Assembly: GCA_963771885.1 (NCBI GenBank)
Contig: CAVYVF010000022.1
Span: 160,001 to 224,000, forward strand
DNA from: Candidatus Bathyarchaeota archaeon
Lineage (GTDB): Archaea; Thermoproteota; Bathyarchaeia; TCS64
Length of the DNA: 64,000 nucleotides
Reading direction: 5' to 3'
Of this stretch, positions 60,740 to 64,000 are shown one piece after another. The position numbers and the translations under genes are program-made. The stretch's first letter is position 1. Every line of letters starts with the position of its first letter. The notes under the pieces are model-generated. The model did no database searches. It was not told where the DNA came from and saw only the letters and a list, made by a program, of their open reading frames with translations.

Positions 60740-61513
60740 CTTTTCCACTCCTCGTAGTCGACCAGCGTGGGGATGCTGACCTTCTGCTTGCCCCGGGTCG
60801 GGGCGTGGCTCCCGGTTGTGCGTTATCTGACGTTCTCCCCGAAGCCTGTCGGCCTCGATGTTGGCGTAGCCGTAGCTGACCATGAAGACGGTGAGGTAGG
60901 CGCGCTTGACTGTCTCCTCGTATGTGTCGGCGCCTATCCAGTCCAGTAATCGATAGTGCCACCCTTGCCGACGCGTGCGTCCGAGCTCGCATCCAGAAGC
61001 CCTCGATGATGTCGGCGAAGCCCTCCTCGGGGAGATAGCCGAGGGCGCGCGCCTCCTCCATGCGTGGCGGTGCCCGCGTCGACCATCTCGACGTTCGACT
61101 CCTTCCACCTCTCCGCGAGGGGGATGAGGTCGGCCCAGTAGCCGAGGCTCCCCGCCAGCGTCTTCGCGGAGAGCTGCTCCATCTGCACCATCGGGTGCCA
61201 GCTCCTGAGGAAGCTGTCCGCGATGGCGCTGATGTCCATCTTCAGTGATCTGCTGGTTGAGGAGGAACGGGTCCTTGTAGAGGGTAGTGCTCTGGTGCTG
61301 TATCCAGTCGTTCTGGCTCTGAAGCACCTCGCTCAGCCCTTTGATGGCCGCGGCGTCGGTGCAGAAGTCCTGTAGGTTATCGGTCTCGGGGTAGTAGCGG
61401 CGTATGACCTCTAGCATGTAGTCGATGTCGACAGCGAAGGGCTCGACGCTCCCCGCCTGAACGGCGCGGCAGAGGCTTATGACGCCTTCGAGCTCGTCCC
61501 GCTTCTTGCTCAA
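60724..61513 (-). CDS. Kleisin/ScpA-like protein, multiply frameshifted
   Basis: EPFAVDID N-terminal motif resembles ScpA DPWDIDI; C-terminal wHTH-like ETVKRAYLTVFMVSYGY; directly follows the SMC gene. Confidence 0.6.
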
Positions 61514-63567
61514 TTCCTCTACCAGCCTCACTTCGCTCGATGTCCTCGGTCTTGTGGACCATGACGATGTGGACGTCTTTGCCCTTGAAGGTGACCTGGC
61601 TCGGGGTGATGGCCATGTACTGGTCTGCGTCCCCTCCATTGTGGAGACGATGAACTCGGAGACGACCTCCTTGTTCTTCGGGTCCATGTGGAGGTCGAAC
61701 TCGTCGACCGCCCTGAAGGGGCTGAGGACGTTCTGCTGCAGGGCGAGGAGGAAAGCCATGACGGTTGTGCTTCTCTCGCCTCCGCTGTGCGTGTACGGGT
61801 CGAGCCTGCTAGTTGCCCGCCCTTGAAGCTGACGAATATCTCGAGCCCGGCCTCCTCGATGTCGGAGGGGTTGATGAGGCGTGTCTCGCCGCGTGCCTGA
61901 AGCCTGCTGAGGAGGCTCTGGTAGCGGGCGTTGACCTCGTCGAGAAGGTTGTGGATGACGTCGCCCCACTTGCGTGTGCGCTCCTCTATCTCCGCCATGA
62001 CCTGGCGGCGGTCCTCGTGGACCTGCGCGACCTTCTCCTGTATCTCCTTGTAGGTCTTGTTGTAGGAGTCGTACATCTCCTCGGCGTCCTCGGGGACCTC
62101 GGCCAGGCCGATGAGGATGCCGGAGGTCTTCCTGATCTCGTTAAGTACATCGTCGCCGGTGCGCCCGGTCTCGACGCGGGCGCCCTTGATCGAGTGCCTC
62201 CGCCTCAGCGTCGCGGCGCTCCTGTTGGCGCGGTCAATCTCGGCCTTGAGCTCCTCGATCCGCCGCTTAAGGCGGCCACGCTTGTCCTTGAGGAGGGCGA
62301 GCTGTATCCTGCCCTCGACGTGCTGGTCGGTGGCGGCGTCTACCTTGACCCTGAGGACCTCCATGTCCTCGAGACTACGCGCCCCACGGCCGACTCAGCG
62401 TCCTCAAGCTGTCTGCTGAGCTGCTTGATCTTGGCCTCGGCCTCGCTCCTCTGGGTGATGAGTTCCCCGCTCCACCCTCGAAGGTCTCTGTCTGGGTCTT
62501 CTCTAGCTCATCAATGAGTGTTGAAGTAGTCGTCGAGCTTCGTGGGACCCTTCTTAAGTGTGGACCTGAGAGTCTGGGCGGTGAGTTCGAGTTTCTTGCG
62601 CTGCTCGCCGCTGCTGCCGAGCATCCTGTTTAAGGCTCTGTATGCGGTCCTTGGTGGAGTTGATGCTGAACTCGCTTACTCCGAGTGCTTTCTCGGCCTC
62701 TACGCGGCGCTCTATGAACTCCATCCACTGGCTGCGCAGCGTTTTTAGGGCCTCGTCGCTGTCGACGACTGCCTTGCTGAACCTGTTCATCTCCTCCTCT
62801 GCGCCGTAGAGGTCGGCGTCTGCCTGGTCTAGCTCTTGCTCCAGCTCCTTGACGTTCCCCTCGAGTTGAAGAACGCGGCTCCACGCCATTTCGCGCTGGA
62901 GGAAGTTCATGCGTGTCTGGAGCTTCTTCTTCTCCTGTAGACGCTCGTTCTGGTCGCGCCAGTAAGCGAGCGTCTCGCGTGCACGGTCTAGGAGCTGGTT
63001 TAGGCTCTGCTCCTCGCTGAGTATGCCGCCGAGGCGCTGTTTTGCCTCTACGACGTCGCGGCGGAAGGTGTTGAAGCCGACCGCCTCTTCGAGCATGACG
63101 AGGCGTTCCTGTGGGCTGAGGTTTGCGAAGCGGCCCGGCATGTTCTGGTGCATGATGATGAGCATGTTGTCGGGGTCGAAGCCGAATCCCTTGAGGAGTT
63201 CGGTGACCTCGGCCTTGGTGACGTTTCGCTGGTTTAGTTCGAAGGTATACTTGCCGTCGCGGCGGATGTTGCGGGTGAGGCGTACCTCGTCCACGTTGAA
63301 TGTGGGGACGGGACGTTTTCCGTCGTCTCGCTTGCTGTTGTCGAGTATGAGGCTGACCTCGGCCTGGTCCTGTTCCCAGCGTATGAGGTCGCTGAGCTTT
63401 TTGCTCCTCTCAGTGTAGGTGTCGCCTAAGGCGACGCAGATGGCGAGGAGAAAACTCGATTTTCCGGAGCCGTTCGGGCCGCAAACTACGTTTACCCCGT
63501 CTCTGAGTGGGATGCGGGCGTACTCGTACGACATAAAATTCTTGATAATGACCTCTCTGATGAGCAT
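61510..63567 (-). CDS. Short (~685 aa) SMC5/6-like ATPase, multiply frameshifted
   Basis: IKNFMSY, GPNGSGKSS, IMHQN Q-loop, coiled coils, SGGERS signature, PFRAVDEFDLHMD, AITP. Confidence 0.88.
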
Positions 63568-63711
63568 CCGCGACGCCTCTAAACTCCTGAGTCTAACAGT
63601 CCTCTGTTTTTAAACCTACCCGCCAATTTTCCTTGGGGTAGACTGAAAGTGAAGGTGGGCAGTTCCCCTTAAACCTTTTACAGGTAACCGCCCACCCTTG
63701 AGGGGATTGTA

Positions 63712-64000
63712 ATGGTGATTCTCTCGAAAAAGCAAGAGGAGGAAGCGGCGCGCATCCACAAAGAGGCGGTCGTCATAGATACCCATTGCGATACGCTAAT
63801 GCAGCTGACGCCGGGTCAATACGGCGGACAGCCCACGAGAAGGTTCGGGGAGCGGAGCGACAAGGGGCACCTCGACCTCCCCCGAATGATTGATGGGGGA
63901 ATTGACTGCCAGACATTCGCTATGTACACGGGGCGCCGTGAGGGACAGCCCGACGCCCTCTACACCGCGATGGTGATGACAGACGCATTCTACAGGGAGA
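63712..64000 (+). CDS. Membrane dipeptidase (M19) family, 3'-truncated by the window edge
   Basis: VIDTHCDT, GHLDLPRMIDGG. Confidence 0.88.
   Translation, partial: MVILSKKQEEEAARIHKEAVVIDTHCDTLMQLTPGQYGGQPTRRFGERSDKGHLDLPRMIDGGIDCQTFAMYTGRREGQPDALYTAMVMTDAFYRE

Noticed and set aside
58096..63567. Many frameshifts in trm5, the Cys-rich gene and the SMC operon, read as programmed frameshifting or true pseudogenes
   Set aside because: Single-base indels also break dnaK, the SelB-like gene, an MFS gene and homopolymer runs in the cargo. They cluster in one stretch and leave motifs intact, which points to low-coverage long-read error. Reads are needed to confirm.
9229..63613. Numerous antisense and alternate-frame ORFs in the track (e.g. 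9229-9642, 17626-18162, 47243-48010, 52056-52781)
   Set aside because: They are shadows of well-supported genes in GC-rich coding sequence and have no motifs of their own.
1..64000. CRISPR array, rRNA or IS transposase
   Set aside because: No regularly spaced repeat-spacer units, rRNA-like sequence or transposase motifs were seen.

Overview
This is an archaeal chromosome segment, most consistent with Bathyarchaeia (TACK). The assignment is inferred from archaeal-type MAT, ThrRS, PurA, Hel308, Trm5 and SelB-like genes, TATA/GGAGGTGA signals and many peptide/amide hydrolases. About 1-9.2 kb is an integrated element: a tyrosine integrase, a divergent HTH/AbrB switch, small coupled ORFs and a P-loop helicase-like gene. 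The 3' end of that helicase gene is duplicated around an AT-rich cargo of secreted proteins and a membrane-anchored regulator. The rest is mostly metabolic and housekeeping: Kce, ferritin-like, amidohydrolases, MFS, tRNA-Leu(UAG) with a small islet, dhaKL/rpe, split thrS, kynU, ggt, etfBA-glcD, purB, grpE-dnaK-dnaJ, purA, hel308, nth, mat and trm5. It ends in a short SMC5/6-like ATPase-kleisin-kite operon. Many single-base frameshifts, dense after about 58 kb, look like long-read errors. The strongest leads are a structured riboswitch-like leader on thrS, fission of ThrRS into catalytic and editing genes, the apparently hinge-less SMC operon, the satellite-like element with its duplicated helicase tip, intergenic (GC)n palindromes and a DPM2-like membrane protein. 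All calls come from reading the sequence by eye; no searches were run.
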